This document shows, one piece after another, positions 32,239 to 44,445 of a stretch of 64,000 bases of DNA. The notes beneath the pieces are model-generated. The model did not search any database. It was not told where the DNA came from and worked only from the letters and a program-made list of their open reading frames with translations. The stretch is taken from assembly GCF_053078305.1 (NCBI RefSeq), contig NZ_CP166879.1; one strand, given 5' to 3'. The translations under genes and the position numbers were made by a program. Numbering within the stretch: the stretch's first letter is position 1; each line of letters begins with the position of its first letter.

Positions 32239-34458
32239 ATGAGCTCTATCTCCCTGATCCAACCGGATCGCGACCTGTTCTCCTGGCCGCAGTACTGGGC
32301 CGCCTGTTTTGGACCGGCACCGTTTTTGCCGATGTCTCGTGAAGAGATGGATCAACTTGGCTGGGATAGCTGCGACATCATTTTGGTAACAGGTGATGCA
32401 TATGTTGATCACCCAAGCTTCGGGATGGCAATTTGCGGTCGTATGCTGGAAGCGCAGGGCTTTCGCGTTGGGATCATCGCCCAGCCGGACTGGAACAGCA
32501 AAGACGACTTTATGCGTCTGGGCAAACCGAACCTGTTTTTCGGCGTTACCGCAGGCAACATGGACTCGATGATCAACCGTTACACTGCCGATCGCCGTTT
32601 GCGTCATGACGATGCCTACACGCCAGATAACGTTGCGGGTAAGCGCCCGGATCGCGCCACACTGGTTTATACCCAACGTTGTAAAGAGGCGTGGAAAGAT
32701 GTGCCGGTGATCCTCGGCGGTATTGAGGCTAGTCTGCGCCGTACCGCGCATTATGATTACTGGTCCGATACCGTACGCCGTTCAGTGTTGGTGGATTCCA
32801 AAGCCGACATGCTGATGTTTGGTAACGGTGAGCGTCCGCTGGTGGAAGTGGCGCATCGTCTGGCGATGGGCGAGCCGATTAACGAAATCCGCGATGTGCG
32901 CAATACCGCGATTATCGTGAAAGAGGCGCTGCCTGGCTGGAGCGGCGTGGATTCTACCCGTCTCGACACACCGGGAAAAATAGACCCAATTCCGCACCCG
33001 TATGGTGAAGATTTACCGTGCGCAGATAACAAACCAGTGGCGCCGAAAAAGCAGGAAGCCAAAGCCGTAACCGTGCAGCCACCGCGCCCGAAACCGTGGG
33101 AAAAAACCTACGTGTTGCTGCCTTCTTTCGAGAAAGTGAAGGGCGATAAAGTGCTGTACGCCCATGCTTCGCGCATTCTGCACCACGAAACCAACCCAGG
33201 CTGTGCCCGCGCATTGATGCAAAAACACGGCGACCGCTATGTGTGGATCAACCCGCCTGCTATTCCGCTTTCTACCGAAGAGATGGACAGCGTTTTTGCG
33301 CTGCCATACAAGCGCGTGCCACATCCGGCCTATGGCAATGCCCGTATTCCGGCTTACGAAATGATCCGTTTCTCGGTCAACATTATGCGCGGCTGCTTTG
33401 GCGGCTGCTCTTTCTGTTCTATCACCGAGCACGAAGGGCGCATTATTCAGAGCCGTTCCGAAGATTCGATCATTAATGAGATCGAAGCGATCCGCGACAC
33501 CGTTCCAGGTTTTACGGGCGTAATTTCCGATCTCGGTGGGCCAACTGCCAACATGTATATGTTGCGCTGCAAATCGCCACGCGCAGAACAAACCTGCCGT
33601 CGTTTGTCCTGCGTTTACCCGGATATTTGTCCGCATATGGACACTAACCACGAACCTACGATCAATCTCTATCGCCGCGCTCGCGATCTGAAAGGCATTA
33701 AAAAGATTCTGATTGCCTCAGGCGTACGTTATGACATCGCCGTGGAAGATCCGCGCTATATCAAAGAGCTGGCGACCCATCACGTCGGTGGTTATCTGAA
33801 GATTGCCCCGGAACATACCGAAGAAGGGCCGTTGTCGAAGATGATGAAGCCGGGCATGGGCAGCTATGACCGCTTTAAAGAGCTGTTCGATACTTACTCG
33901 AAACAGGCAGGTAAAGAGCAATATCTGATCCCGTATTTCATCTCTGCACATCCCGGTACGCGCGATGAAGATATGGTGAACCTGGCGCTGTGGCTGAAAA
34001 AGCATCGCTTCCGCCTCGACCAGGTACAGAACTTCTACCCGTCGCCGCTGGCCAACTCGACCACCATGTATTACACCGGCAAAAACCCGCTGGCGAAGAT
34101 TGGTTATAAGAGTGAAGACGTCTTTGTACCGAAGGGCGACAAGCAGCGTCGCTTACATAAAGCGTTGTTGCGTTACCACGATCCGGCAAACTGGCCGTTA
34201 ATTCGTCAGGCGCTGGAAGCGATGGGTAAAAAGCATCTGATCGGCAGCCGTCGCGATTGCTTAGTGCCTGCGCCAACCATTGAAGAGATGCGTGAAGCTC
34301 GTCGCCAGAACCGCAATACCCGTCCGGCGTTGACCAAACATACGCCGATGGCGACTCAGCGTCAGACACCTGCCACGGCAAAAAAAGTGCCGTCTATGCA
34401 ATCTCGTCCGGTGAATGCTGGTGCGAAGAAACGCCCTAAAGTAGCGGTTGGACGTTAA
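32239..34458 (+). CDS. ygiQ: Radical SAM protein YgiQ (UPF0313)
   Basis: 739 aa; radical-SAM cysteine cluster ([13 protein letters not shown]); basic C-terminal tail. Confidence 0.9.
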   Translation: MSSISLIQPDRDLFSWPQYWAACFGPAPFLPMSREEMDQLGWDSCDIILVTGDAYVDHPSFGMAICGRMLEAQGFRVGIIAQPDWNSKDDFMRLGKPNLFFGVTAGNMDSMINRYTADRRLRHDDAYTPDNVAGKRPDRATLVYTQRCKEAWKDVPVILGGIEASLRRTAHYDYWSDTVRRSVLVDSKADMLMFGNGERPLVEVAHRLAMGEPINEIRDVRNTAIIVKEALPGWSGVDSTRLDTPGKIDPIPHPYGEDLPCADNKPVAPKKQEAKAVTVQPPRPKPWEKTYVLLPSFEKVKGDKVLYAHASRILHHETNPGCARALMQKHGDRYVWINPPAIPLSTEEMDSVFALPYKRVPHPAYGNARIPAYEMIRFSVNIMRGCFGGCSFCSITEHEGRIIQSRSEDSIINEIEAIRDTVPGFTGVISDLGGPTANMYMLRCKSPRAEQTCRRLSCVYPDICPHMDTNHEPTINLYRRARDLKGIKKILIASGVRYDIAVEDPRYIKELATHHVGGYLKIAPEHTEEGPLSKMMKPGMGSYDRFKELFDTYSKQAGKEQYLIPYFISAHPGTRDEDMVNLALWLKKHRFRLDQVQNFYPSPLANSTTMYYTGKNPLAKIGYKSEDVFVPKGDKQRRLHKALLRYHDPANWPLIRQALEAMGKKHLIGSRRDCLVPAPTIEEMREARRQNRNTRPALTKHTPMATQRQTPATAKKVPSMQSRPVNAGAKKRPKVAVGR

Positions 34459-34460
34459 AA

Positions 34461-34499
34461 AAAATCCCCGGCAACTGACATGCTGCCGGGGATTTTTTT
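34461..34499. terminator. Bidirectional intrinsic terminator between ygiQ and yqhH
   Basis: aaaaaaaa-atccccggca-N9-tgccggggat-ttttttt: GC stem flanked by an A tract upstream and a T tract downstream. Confidence 0.7.
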
Positions 34500-34500
34500 A

Positions 34501-34758
34501 TCATTCTGCGTACATACGCAAGCAGCGCAGGCAATCAAAATAGTCCTGTGCATCAAGACGCGTATTGGCTCTGTTAGCTTCGGATTTGGCAGCATAGATT
34601 TGTGGGCGTAGTGCTTTCATATCCTGCTCAAGCCGGGCGATTTTGGCATTTAATGTTTGCACATTGCTCGCCAGCTGATTGACCTTTTGCTCATTGACGC
34701 AGCCACTGAGCACGCAGGTTGCCAGAACAACAGCTCCCACGGTGAAAATCGTTTTCAT
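34501..34758 (-). CDS. yqhH: Small lipoprotein YqhH
   Basis: 85 aa; lipobox (VLSGC) after the signal peptide. Confidence 0.8.
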   Translation of the reverse strand: MKTIFTVGAVVLATCVLSGCVNEQKVNQLASNVQTLNAKIARLEQDMKALRPQIYAAKSEANRANTRLDAQDYFDCLRCLRMYAE

Positions 34759-34806
34759 ATAGTGTTCCCTTTTTTATTGTTCCGGCTAATTGTTATTTAA
34801 TTCAGC

Positions 34807-35733
34807 TCATTGCTTTAATCTGGCGGCGGTTTTTGCCTCAATCTGCTTAAGTAGGCTGCCGCTGTTCGGGCGGATAAAATCAGCGATTTCCCACTTACCT
34901 TCGCGCCGTTGTAAAACCAGCTCTTGCTCTTCGTTGTTGCCATTGGTCAGCGTAAAACGAACATGAATGCGGGCGGAATCGGCGGTTTTCTCCAGGACTC
35001 GAATTTCATCAACGCGTGAAAATAGCGACTCTTCGCCAAAACAGATCGGATTGTCGTAAATAAATTGCCGTTCTATTTGCATATCTTCATCGGGATTGTT
35101 GGCCGCCTTGAAGGTGGTTTTATAGAAGGCATTAACCGCCTGGCGGTAAGAGTCGGAAACCACCCACGTCCACGGCCAGCTATAATCGGCAATATGTTCA
35201 AAGAGTTCGGCAACAAAGGCTTCCGGCTGTTCTTTTTGCAACGAAGCTAAAACGGCCAGCGTTTTTTCATTCTCGCTATTAACTGCTTGTAAAACGCTGC
35301 CATGATTGCTGACAATATCGTCAATGACCCAACGACCATTTTCCGCCACCATTTTCAGTGTCTGCGTGGTCTTTTCTTTATCATCTTTAAAGATACGAAA
35401 GCGCACAATGGCATCGGCATGATCGGCGTCAGTTTCGGTTATCGCTACGCTTTCTAGCACCAGATCGCCAAAATCCTGACAATCACAAACCGGATCATAA
35501 TCCAGCCAGCCAATATTGCCCGGCAGCGTAAGATTGTCGTTCAGGGTAAGCGCCTGTTGAATACGCGCAGAAGTTATCGCCCGCTCTCCGGTTTCACCAA
35601 AATAAGGGGCAGTGGCATCTGATTTATAGTTCTGATAAATATGCCGGACTGTTTGTTCTACGGTCTGTGAGGGGGGCTGTGCGTGTACGGTAAAACTTGC
35701 CAGGGCTGCTAAAAACAGAAGTATTATTTTCAT
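34807..35733 (-). CDS. yqhG: Periplasmic DUF3828-family protein YqhG
   Basis: 308 aa with signal peptide MKIILLFLAALASFTVHA. Confidence 0.8.
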   Translation of the reverse strand: MKIILLFLAALASFTVHAQPPSQTVEQTVRHIYQNYKSDATAPYFGETGERAITSARIQQALTLNDNLTLPGNIGWLDYDPVCDCQDFGDLVLESVAITETDADHADAIVRFRIFKDDKEKTTQTLKMVAENGRWVIDDIVSNHGSVLQAVNSENEKTLAVLASLQKEQPEAFVAELFEHIADYSWPWTWVVSDSYRQAVNAFYKTTFKAANNPDEDMQIERQFIYDNPICFGEESLFSRVDEIRVLEKTADSARIHVRFTLTNGNNEEQELVLQRREGKWEIADFIRPNSGSLLKQIEAKTAARLKQ

Positions 35734-35932
35734 CTGTTTTTCACCTCTCCGTTGCGTTTATCCCGGATATAGATGAGTTGTTCTTTTAAGAGCTTCCGGC
35801 TCTGCATGATGATGTCCTTATATTTGGTATTCCTGAACAAGGAAGAGTAACAACGGGCGGGACGCGAGGGGAATAAATGATTTCTGAAAAGTCCGGTAGC
35901 GGAACATTACCGCCACCGGGAGAATTTGCACG

Positions 35933-36760
35933 TTAGCCGCCGAACTGGTCAGGATCGGGACCGAGACGCTTGCCCTGATCGAGTTTTGCAATTTCGCCGA
36001 GTTCGTCTTTGTCGAGACGGAAATCCCAGACATCAAAGTTTTCGGCAATACGTGAAGGTGTGACCGATTTCGGGATCACCACCAGGCCGCTATCCAGATG
36101 CCAGCGGATAACAATCTGCGCCGGGGTTTTGCCGTATTTATCTGCCAGATCGCGAATGACTTTCTGATCGAAAACGCCTTTCCCTCCTTGCGCTAATGGG
36201 CTCCAGGATTCGGTCTGGATTTTGTGTGTCGCGTTCCAGGCGTGTAGCTGGCGTTGTTGCATCAGCGGATGAAGTTCGATCTGGTTTATCACAGGCGTCA
36301 CGCCAGTTTCATCAATCAGGCGTTGCAGGTGATGGATCTGGAAGTTGCACACGCCGATGCTTTTGATTAATCCCTCTTTTTGCAATTCGATCATGCCTTT
36401 CCATGCTTCGACATAATGGTCGATAGCGGGAACGGGCCAGTGCATTAAGTAGAGGTCGATATAATCAAGCTGTAGTTTTTTCAGGCTGTCGAGCAGGGCT
36501 TCGCGGGGGCGCTTGTGGTCGTCGTTCCACAGCTTAGTGGTGATGAACAGTTCTTCTCTGTTGACTGAGACATTTTTCAGGGCTTTGCCGACACCTTCTT
36601 CGTTCTTATAGGCCGCGGCGGTATCAATCGAGCGATAACCCACTTCTAACGCTTTTTGAATGGCGGTGATTACTTCCTCATTACTTGCTTGCCAGACGCC
36701 CAGTCCCAACTGGGGCATGACATTGCCATCCTGTAGCTTAATAACGGTTGGATTAGCCAT
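35933..36760 (-). CDS. dkgA: 2,5-diketo-D-gluconate reductase A / methylglyoxal reductase (aldo-keto reductase)
   Basis: 275 aa; AKR family, recognised. Confidence 0.9.
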   Translation of the reverse strand: MANPTVIKLQDGNVMPQLGLGVWQASNEEVITAIQKALEVGYRSIDTAAAYKNEEGVGKALKNVSVNREELFITTKLWNDDHKRPREALLDSLKKLQLDYIDLYLMHWPVPAIDHYVEAWKGMIELQKEGLIKSIGVCNFQIHHLQRLIDETGVTPVINQIELHPLMQQRQLHAWNATHKIQTESWSPLAQGGKGVFDQKVIRDLADKYGKTPAQIVIRWHLDSGLVVIPKSVTPSRIAENFDVWDFRLDKDELGEIAKLDQGKRLGPDPDQFGG

Positions 36761-36864
36761 ACGTTCCTCCTTTATATGAACTCACCGGAGCAGGCTCCGG
36801 TGAGGTGTTGTGAACTTAAGTCTGGACGAAATGCCCGAAAACGAAAGTTTGAGGCGTAAAAAGC

Positions 36865-38028
36865 TTAGCGGGCGGCTTCGTATATACGGCGGCTGACATC
36901 CAGCGTAATGTCATGATTTTCGCCCAGTTGGGTCATGCCGTGCTCTTCCAGTTTTTTCAGCAAAGCCGGGATGGAGCTGCCGTCCAGACCGTAGTCGGAG
37001 AGGTGGGTAGGCACGCCTAATTGCTCAAAGAAATTGCGGGTTGCGGCAATCGCGGCGTCAATACGCTCATCGTCGGAACCTTCAGTGATGTTCCAGACGC
37101 GTTCAGCATATTGCAGCAGCTTAGCGCGCTTGGTATCGCGTTTTTCATTCCACAGTGCAGGCAGGACGATAGCCAGTGTTTGCGCGTGATCCAGACCGTG
37201 CATCGCAGTCAGTTCGTGGCCCAGCATATGCGTTGCCCAGTCCTGCGGTACGCCAGCGCCAATCAAACCGTTCAGCGCCTGCGTCGCCGCCCACATGACG
37301 TTGGCGCGCACATCGTAGTTTTCTGGCTCTTTCAGGGCTTTCGGACCATCTTCGATCAGCGTCAGCAAAATGCCTTCTGCGAAACGGTCCTGAATTTTGG
37401 CATCAACCGGTTTGGTAACATACTGTTCCACGGTGTGTACAAAGGCGTCCACTACGCCGTTAGCCACCTGACGCGGCGGCAGGGTGTAGGTATAAACCGG
37501 ATCGAGCACGGCAAATATCGGCTGAACATGGGCAGAATGGAACGCCTGCTTGTCGCCTGTGGTTTTACGGGAGATCACCGCACCGGCGTTGGATTCTGAA
37601 CCGGTTGCTGGCAGCGTCAGCACACAGCCCATCGGGATGGCGCTTTTAATCTCTTTACCGCCCGTTTGCAGAATGTGCCACGGATCGATATTTTCCGGAT
37701 AGTTAGCCGCTGCGGCGATAAATTTGGTGCCGTCCAGTACAGAACCGCCGCCAACCGCCAGCAGGAAAGTCACTTTCTGTTCGCGAACCAGTTTCACGGC
37801 GTTCATCAGCGTTTCATAAGCCGGGTTTGGCTCAATACCGCCAAATTCCAGCACGTCCATGCCTTTCAGGGCATCCAGAACTTGATCGAGAACGCCGGTT
37901 TTTTTCACGCTGCCGCCACCGTAGGTAATCAATACGCGAGCATCGTGAGGAATTTGTTCGCGTAAACCAGCGATTGCGCCTTTACCAAACAGAATGCGGG
38001 TTGGGGTGTGCAGATTAAAGTTGTTCAT
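36865..38028 (-). CDS. yqhD: NADPH-dependent aldehyde reductase / alcohol dehydrogenase YqhD
   Basis: ORF track 36865..38052; recognised 387 aa protein starts [22 protein letters not shown] (iron-type ADH family). Confidence 0.9.
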   Translation of the reverse strand: MNNFNLHTPTRILFGKGAIAGLREQIPHDARVLITYGGGSVKKTGVLDQVLDALKGMDVLEFGGIEPNPAYETLMNAVKLVREQKVTFLLAVGGGSVLDGTKFIAAAANYPENIDPWHILQTGGKEIKSAIPMGCVLTLPATGSESNAGAVISRKTTGDKQAFHSAHVQPIFAVLDPVYTYTLPPRQVANGVVDAFVHTVEQYVTKPVDAKIQDRFAEGILLTLIEDGPKALKEPENYDVRANVMWAATQALNGLIGAGVPQDWATHMLGHELTAMHGLDHAQTLAIVLPALWNEKRDTKRAKLLQYAERVWNITEGSDDERIDAAIAATRNFFEQLGVPTHLSDYGLDGSSIPALLKKLEEHGMTQLGENHDITLDVSRRIYEAAR

Positions 38029-38164
38029 TACTTGCTCCCTTTGCTGGGCCAATATGAGGGCAGAGAACGATCTGCCTGATGTTTTTCATTGTGATCGCCA
38101 GCGCCCTGGCTCTCAATGCTTATTTCTGCCAATGTCTTGCCTATTTCTCCAGAGTGCTGGAGAA

Positions 38165-39121
38165 ATGCTACAAAATTGCGCACAATCAAATTGCCGCATT
38201 ATTCCTAAGAAATTACGCGATATGAAACGTGAAGAGATTTGCCGCTTGCTGGCGGATAAAGTTAATAAACTGAAAAATAAAGAAAATAGTTTGTCAGAAC
38301 TGTTGCCCGATGTGCGTTTGTTGTATGGCGAGACGCCTTTCGCACGTACACCGGTGATGTACGAGCCTGGCATCATAATTCTCTTTTCCGGACATAAAAT
38401 CGGTTATATCAATGAACGCGTGTTTCGTTATGATGCCAATGAATACCTGCTGCTGACGGTGCCGTTGCCGTTTGAGTGCGAAACCTATGCCACGTCAGAG
38501 CTGCCGCTGGCAGGGTTGCGTCTCAATGTCGATATTTTGCAGTTACAGGAACTGTTGATGGACATTGGCGAAGATGAGCATTTCCAGCCGTCGATGGCAG
38601 CCAGCGGGATTAACTCCGCCACGTTATCAGAAGAGATTTTATGCGCGGCGGAGCGGTTACTCGACGTGATGGAGCGACCACTGGATGCGCGTATTCTCGG
38701 CAAACAGATCATCCGCGAAATTCTGTACTACGTGCTGACCGGACCTTGCGGCGGCGCGTTACTGGCGCTGGTCAGTCGCCAGACTCACTTCAGTCTGATT
38801 AGCCGCGTGCTGAAACGGATTGAGAATAAATACACCGAAAACCTGAGCGTCGAGCAACTGGCGGCAGAAGCCAATATGAGCGTATCTGCGTTCCACCATA
38901 ATTTTAAGTCTGTCACCAGCACCTCGCCGTTGCAGTATTTGAAGAATTACCGTCTGCATAAGGCGCGGATGATGATCATCCATGACGGCATGAAGGCCAG
39001 CGCAGCAGCGATGCGCGTCGGCTATGAAAGCGCATCGCAATTTAGCCGTGAGTTTAAACGTTACTTCGGTGTGACGCCGGGGGAAGATGCGGCAAGAATG
39101 CGGGCGATGCAGGGGAATTAA
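38165..39121 (+). CDS. yqhC: AraC-family transcriptional activator YqhC
   Basis: ORF track 37994..39121; internal start MLQNCAQSN... gives 318 aa and avoids overlapping yqhD; AraC-type HTH in the C-terminal 100 aa. Confidence 0.85.
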   Translation: MLQNCAQSNCRIIPKKLRDMKREEICRLLADKVNKLKNKENSLSELLPDVRLLYGETPFARTPVMYEPGIIILFSGHKIGYINERVFRYDANEYLLLTVPLPFECETYATSELPLAGLRLNVDILQLQELLMDIGEDEHFQPSMAASGINSATLSEEILCAAERLLDVMERPLDARILGKQIIREILYYVLTGPCGGALLALVSRQTHFSLISRVLKRIENKYTENLSVEQLAAEANMSVSAFHHNFKSVTSTSPLQYLKNYRLHKARMMIIHDGMKASAAAMRVGYESASQFSREFKRYFGVTPGEDAARMRAMQGN

Positions 39122-39160
39122 ATACGTTCCCGGTACAGCAACCGGGAACAGGGAAAATCG

Positions 39161-39820
39161 TCAGGCGTTACAGTATTTTTTTTTAATCACCACAAACAGC
39201 GTGCCTAACAAGCCAGCGGTTAACAAGGCAATTGGCAGGATCATCAGGAACGTCATTACCTGATCTTCATGGCGTTTAACGAACGGAATCATACTTAAGG
39301 CATAGCCGAAACTGGTTACCACGCTGACCCACAGCAATCCGCTTAACCAGTTGAAAAACTGGAAACGGCGGTTTGGCAGACCGGAAATTCCCGCCATGGT
39401 TGGCAGCAGCGTACGGACAAATGCAAGAAAACGTCCAGCCAGCAGCGCCAGCAGACCGTGGCGGTCAAACATGCAGGTGGCGCGCTGATGATATTTAGCA
39501 GGAAGCTGTGCCAGCCAGCCTTTCACCGTTTTGGTATTCCCTAACCAGCGCCCCTGAATATAACTTAGCCAGCAGCCCAGACTTGCTGCGGCGGTCAGAA
39601 TCGCAATCGTAGGCAGAAAATCCATAACCCCCTGGGCAATCAATGCGCCAGCCAATATCAACAAGCTGTCGCCTGGCAAAAATGAGGCGGGCAGCAGGCC
39701 GTTTTCTAAAAACAGCGTGGCAAACATGACAAAGTAAACAACGCTAACAATATGAGGATCCGCCAGCGCGGCAAAGTCGTGTTGCCAGAGCGCAGCGATG
39801 ATATCTTGAATAACAGCCAT
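39161..39820 (-). CDS. yghB: DedA-family inner-membrane protein YghB
   Basis: 219 aa polytopic membrane protein; recognised. Confidence 0.85.
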
Positions 39821-39959
39821 GGACTTTCCTGTGGAACAGCGTTTAAGCCTTTATCTGCCTATTGTACTCCTGAATCGTCCGGGACGCCTTGATCCCGGAC
39901 GCAACAATTTAAGACTTTTCACAATAAAATGTCTGCAAAATTGTCCAAAAGTGGCAATG

Positions 39960-41147
39960 TTATACAATCCGCGCAAAACCGGCGTCCAGATCGGCAATCA
40001 GATCGTCGACATCTTCCAGACCAATATGCAGGCGAATCAAGGTCCCGCTAAAATCGATCTCGCCTTGTGGGCGAATGGCTGCGATATGTTCTGGTTGATT
40101 TGCCAGGATCAACGATTCATACCCGCCCCACGAGTAGGCCATGCTGAATAAACTGAAGTTATCCAGATAGTTCGCCAGCTCTTCATCATTGAGTTTTTTC
40201 TTAAGCACAAAGGAAAATAGCCCGCTGCTGCCTGTAAAGTCTCGTTTCCAGAATTCGTGTCCTTTACTGCCAGGCAGGGCAGGGTGGTTAACTCGCGCAA
40301 CTTGCGGATGTTCTGCCAGCCATTCGGCCACTTTCAGACTGCTTTCATGATGTTGACGCAAACGCACACCTAATGTGCGCAGGCCACGGCTGGTTATATA
40401 GGCGGTATCGGCATCGACCATCTGGCCCATCAGATAGGCATTTTCCCGTAGCTGCTCCCAGCAACGGGCATTGCACACGGCAGTGCCAATCATCGCATCT
40501 GAATGCCCAACCAGATATTTTGTGGCGGCCTGGATAGAAACATCGATGCCAAAATCCAGCGCCTTAAACAGCACACCGGCTGCCCAGGTGTTGTCGATCA
40601 TAATGATGGCATCCGGCACCACACTGCGCACGGCGGCAACAATCGCCGGAACGTCGTGGACTTCCATAGTGATGGAACCCGGCGATTCCAGAAACACGAT
40701 TTTAGTGTTTGGCTGCAGATGCTTAACGATATCGGCACCAATCAGCGGATCAAACCACGATGTCGTTACGCCCAGTTTGCTGAGGATTTTGCTACAGAAA
40801 TCCTGACTCGGTTCATAGGCGGTGTTGGTCATCAACACATGATCGCCCTGTTCGACAAAAGCAAGAATCGAATTAGCAACCGCTGCCGCCCCGCAGGGAA
40901 ATAGCGCGCAGCCTGCGCCACCTTCCAGTTCACACATCGCTTGTTGTAAGGAAAAATGGGTTAACGTTCCGCGCCGTCCATAGAACAACTCGCCATTGGC
41001 GCGATTGCGCGTCGCGTGCTTTTTGGCTTCCATACTCTCAAATACCAGCGAAGAAGCGCGCTGAATCACGCTATTTACCGCGCCGAGAGTGTATTTTTTG
41101 CTGCGTCCTGCATTCACCAGTTGAGTATCAAGCTTTTTGTCCGCCAT
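39960..41147 (-). CDS. metC: Cystathionine beta-lyase
   Basis: ORF track 39960..41282; recognised 395 aa protein starts [37 protein letters not shown]. Confidence 0.9.
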   Translation of the reverse strand: MADKKLDTQLVNAGRSKKYTLGAVNSVIQRASSLVFESMEAKKHATRNRANGELFYGRRGTLTHFSLQQAMCELEGGAGCALFPCGAAAVANSILAFVEQGDHVLMTNTAYEPSQDFCSKILSKLGVTTSWFDPLIGADIVKHLQPNTKIVFLESPGSITMEVHDVPAIVAAVRSVVPDAIIMIDNTWAAGVLFKALDFGIDVSIQAATKYLVGHSDAMIGTAVCNARCWEQLRENAYLMGQMVDADTAYITSRGLRTLGVRLRQHHESSLKVAEWLAEHPQVARVNHPALPGSKGHEFWKRDFTGSSGLFSFVLKKKLNDEELANYLDNFSLFSMAYSWGGYESLILANQPEHIAAIRPQGEIDFSGTLIRLHIGLEDVDDLIADLDAGFARIV

Positions 41148-41398
41148 GTCGGGATTCCTGTTTTTATACGTCTGGATGTCTAAACTAGCATGAATATTCG
41201 CGGGCGCATCCTGAAGAATTGGCATAAAGCAGAAAATTTTCGCAAATGGCGTGCTGGTGACTTTTTTACTGCGTAAACGCAAGGAAAAGAAAGCAAAGGT
41301 ACGGCAGTATGCAAATAGTAATGAGAACGACTATCAATTCGACGTCGTTTTGATATTATTATGCGCAGATTTTGTGACTTGCGTCCTGGAGATACACA

Positions 41399-42133
41399 GT
41401 GGGTAATAATTTAATGCAGACGGACCTTTCCGTCTGGGGTATGTATCAGCACGCTGATATTGTCGTTAAGTGCGTGATGATTGGGCTTATTTTGGCCTCC
41501 GTAGTCACTTGGGCAATCTTCTTCAGTAAGAGCGTAGAGTTCTTCAATCAGAAGCGTCGCCTTAAGCGCGAGCAGCAACTGCTGGCTGAAGCGCGTTCCT
41601 TAAACCAGGCCAACGATATCGCCGCTGATTTTGGTAGCAAAAGCTTAAGCCTGCATTTGCTCAATGAAGCGCAGAATGAGCTGGAACTGTCAGAAGGCAG
41701 CGACGATAACGAAGGTATTAAAGAACGTACCAGCTTCCGTCTGGAGCGTCGGGTCGCCGCAGTAGGTCGTCAAATGGGCCGCGGTAACGGCTATCTGGCA
41801 ACCATCGGCGCGATTTCGCCGTTCGTTGGTCTGTTTGGTACGGTCTGGGGCATCATGAACAGCTTTATTGGTATCGCGCAAACGCAGACTACTAACCTGG
41901 CAGTCGTTGCGCCGGGTATCGCAGAAGCTCTGTTAGCAACGGCAATCGGTCTGGTGGCAGCGATTCCGGCGGTCGTTATCTATAACGTATTCGCGCGTCA
42001 GATTGGCGGCTTTAAAGCGATGCTGGGTGATGTCGCAGCGCAGGTATTGTTGCTGCAAAGCCGTGACCTGGATCTGGAAGCCAGCGCCGCTGCGCATCCG
42101 GTTCGTGTCGCACAAAAATTACGTGCAGGATAA
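41399..42133 (+). CDS. exbB: TonB-system energiser ExbB
   Basis: 244 aa; MotA/TolQ/ExbB family. Confidence 0.95.
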   Translation: MGNNLMQTDLSVWGMYQHADIVVKCVMIGLILASVVTWAIFFSKSVEFFNQKRRLKREQQLLAEARSLNQANDIAADFGSKSLSLHLLNEAQNELELSEGSDDNEGIKERTSFRLERRVAAVGRQMGRGNGYLATIGAISPFVGLFGTVWGIMNSFIGIAQTQTTNLAVVAPGIAEALLATAIGLVAAIPAVVIYNVFARQIGGFKAMLGDVAAQVLLLQSRDLDLEASAAAHPVRVAQKLRAG

Positions 42134-42139
42134 TGTCCG

Positions 42140-42565
42140 ATGGCAATGCATCTTAACGAAAACCTCGACGATAACGGCGAAATGCATGATATCAACGTGA
42201 CGCCGTTTATCGACGTGATGTTGGTTCTGCTGATTATCTTTATGGTGGCGGCACCGTTAGCGACGGTAGATGTGAAGGTTAACTTGCCTGCTTCTACCAG
42301 CACGCCGCAGCCGCGCCCGGAAAAACCGGTTTATCTGTCGGTGAAGGCAGACAACTCGATGTTTATCGGTAACGATCCGGTCACCGATGAAACAATGATT
42401 ACGGCGTTGAATGCGTTAACCGAAGGTAAGAAAGACACCACCATCTTCTTCCGTGCAGATAAGACCGTCGACTATGAGATGTTGATGAAGGTAATGGATA
42501 AGCTGCATCAGGCGGGTTACCTGAAGATAGGTCTGGTCGGCGAAGAAACCGCCAAAGCGAAGTAA
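42140..42565 (+). CDS. exbD: TonB-system energiser ExbD
   Basis: 141 aa; single TM helix then periplasmic domain. Confidence 0.95.
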   Translation: MAMHLNENLDDNGEMHDINVTPFIDVMLVLLIIFMVAAPLATVDVKVNLPASTSTPQPRPEKPVYLSVKADNSMFIGNDPVTDETMITALNALTEGKKDTTIFFRADKTVDYEMLMKVMDKLHQAGYLKIGLVGEETAKAK

Positions 42566-42574
42566 AGTAGAATT

Positions 42575-42786
42575 GCCTGATGCGCTACGCTCATCAGGCC
42601 TACAAAATCTATTGCAACATGTTGAATCTTCGTGCGTTTGTAGGCCGGATAAGGCGTTCACGCCGCATCCGGCATTAGGTGCTCAATGCCTGATGCGCTA
42701 CGCTTATCAGGCCTACAAAATCTATTGCAACATGTTGAATCTTCATGCGTTTGTAGGCGGATAAGGCGTTTTCGCCACATCAGGTA
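42575..42786. repeat. REP/BIME array: two tandem copies of a ~113 bp unit, each with paired REP palindromes
   Basis: gcctgatgcgctacgctcatcaggcctacaaaatctattgcaacatgttgaatcttc... occurs at 42575 and again almost identically at 42688; units include tgtaggccggataaggcg-type REP sequences. Confidence 0.8.
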
Positions 42787-42803
42787 AGAGTGAATTCACA
42801 ATG

Positions 42804-42839
42804 ATGCCCGGTTGCTTTTCACAACCGGGCATTTTTTTA
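42804..42839 (+). terminator. Intrinsic terminator after exbBD and the REP array
   Basis: Hairpin gcccggttg-N8-caaccgggc followed by TTTTTTT; the T tract overlaps the yghA stop on the other strand. Confidence 0.6.
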
Positions 42840-43721
42840 ACCTAAATGCTCGCCGCCGCACACACCGTGCACTTCTGCGGTGACGTAGCTCGACTCCTGA
42901 CTTGCCAGATAAACATATAAAGGGGCCAGTTCCGCCGGTTGCCCCGCACGTTTCATCGGCGTTTGCTGACCAAACTGCGGGATCTTATCCTGCGTTTGTC
43001 CGCCGGAAATTTGTAGTGCCGTCCAGATAGGGCCTGGCGCGACAATATTCACCCGAATACCTTTCTCCGCGACCTGTTTTGCCAGGCCACGGCTGTAGTT
43101 CAGAATCGCCGCCTTCGTAGCCGCATAGTCCAGTAAATGCGGACTTGGCTGGTATGCCTGGATTGACGAAGTGGTGATGATACTTGCACCTTTCGGTAGC
43201 AGGGGGATCGCTTCCTGGGTTAGCCAGAACAGCGCGAAAACGTTAATGGCAAAGGTCTTTTGAAACTGTTCGCTGGTGAGGTCTGCAATATCCGGAATGG
43301 CAACCTGTTTCCCGGCGACCAGCGCCATAATATCCAGCCCGCCTAAGGCCTTATGCGCTTCGTGAACTAGCGAACGGGCAAATTTCTCATCGCTTAAATC
43401 GCCTGGCAGCAGAACGGCTTTGCGTCCGCATTCTTCAATGATCTTTTTCACATCCTGAGCGTCTTCTTCTTCCACGGGAAGATAACTGATCGCCACGTCA
43501 GCCCCTTCACGCGCGTAAGCGATGGCGGCAGCGCGACCGATTCCGGAATCGCCCCCTGTCACCAGGGCTTTACGATCTTTCAGGCGACCGCTACCAACAT
43601 AGGTTTTCTCGCCGCAATCCGGTACCGGTGTCATCTTCGCCTGGATGCCTGGCGTCGGTTGTTTCTGTTTGGGATATTCACCAGTGTAATACTGCGTGGT
43701 CGGGTCTTTTAAATGAGACAT
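42837..43721 (-). CDS. yghA: Short-chain dehydrogenase/reductase YghA
   Basis: 294 aa; Rossmann motif [11 protein letters not shown]. Confidence 0.85.
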   Translation of the reverse strand: MSHLKDPTTQYYTGEYPKQKQPTPGIQAKMTPVPDCGEKTYVGSGRLKDRKALVTGGDSGIGRAAAIAYAREGADVAISYLPVEEEDAQDVKKIIEECGRKAVLLPGDLSDEKFARSLVHEAHKALGGLDIMALVAGKQVAIPDIADLTSEQFQKTFAINVFALFWLTQEAIPLLPKGASIITTSSIQAYQPSPHLLDYAATKAAILNYSRGLAKQVAEKGIRVNIVAPGPIWTALQISGGQTQDKIPQFGQQTPMKRAGQPAELAPLYVYLASQESSYVTAEVHGVCGGEHLG

Positions 43722-43842
43722 CGTTTTTCTCCCTTCAGGTTCAACGTCCTTTAAGGGTAGACGCTCTCGATGCGTTGATAAGGGAACCAGGAAGATCCCT
43801 AACCCTCAGAATTATGCGACAAAGGTTTAACGGATATGTTGA

Positions 43843-44406
<564 letters not shown>

Positions 44407-44445
44407 TCTGATTCGGGCGCGGTTCTCGCGCCCGTTATTAACAGG

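Noticed and set aside
42573-42764. 63 aa ORF and a possible CRISPR-like array in the repeated region after exbD
   Set aside because: The repeats are long REP/BIME units in direct tandem with no unique spacers of CRISPR size, and the ORF is composed of the palindromic repeat itself.
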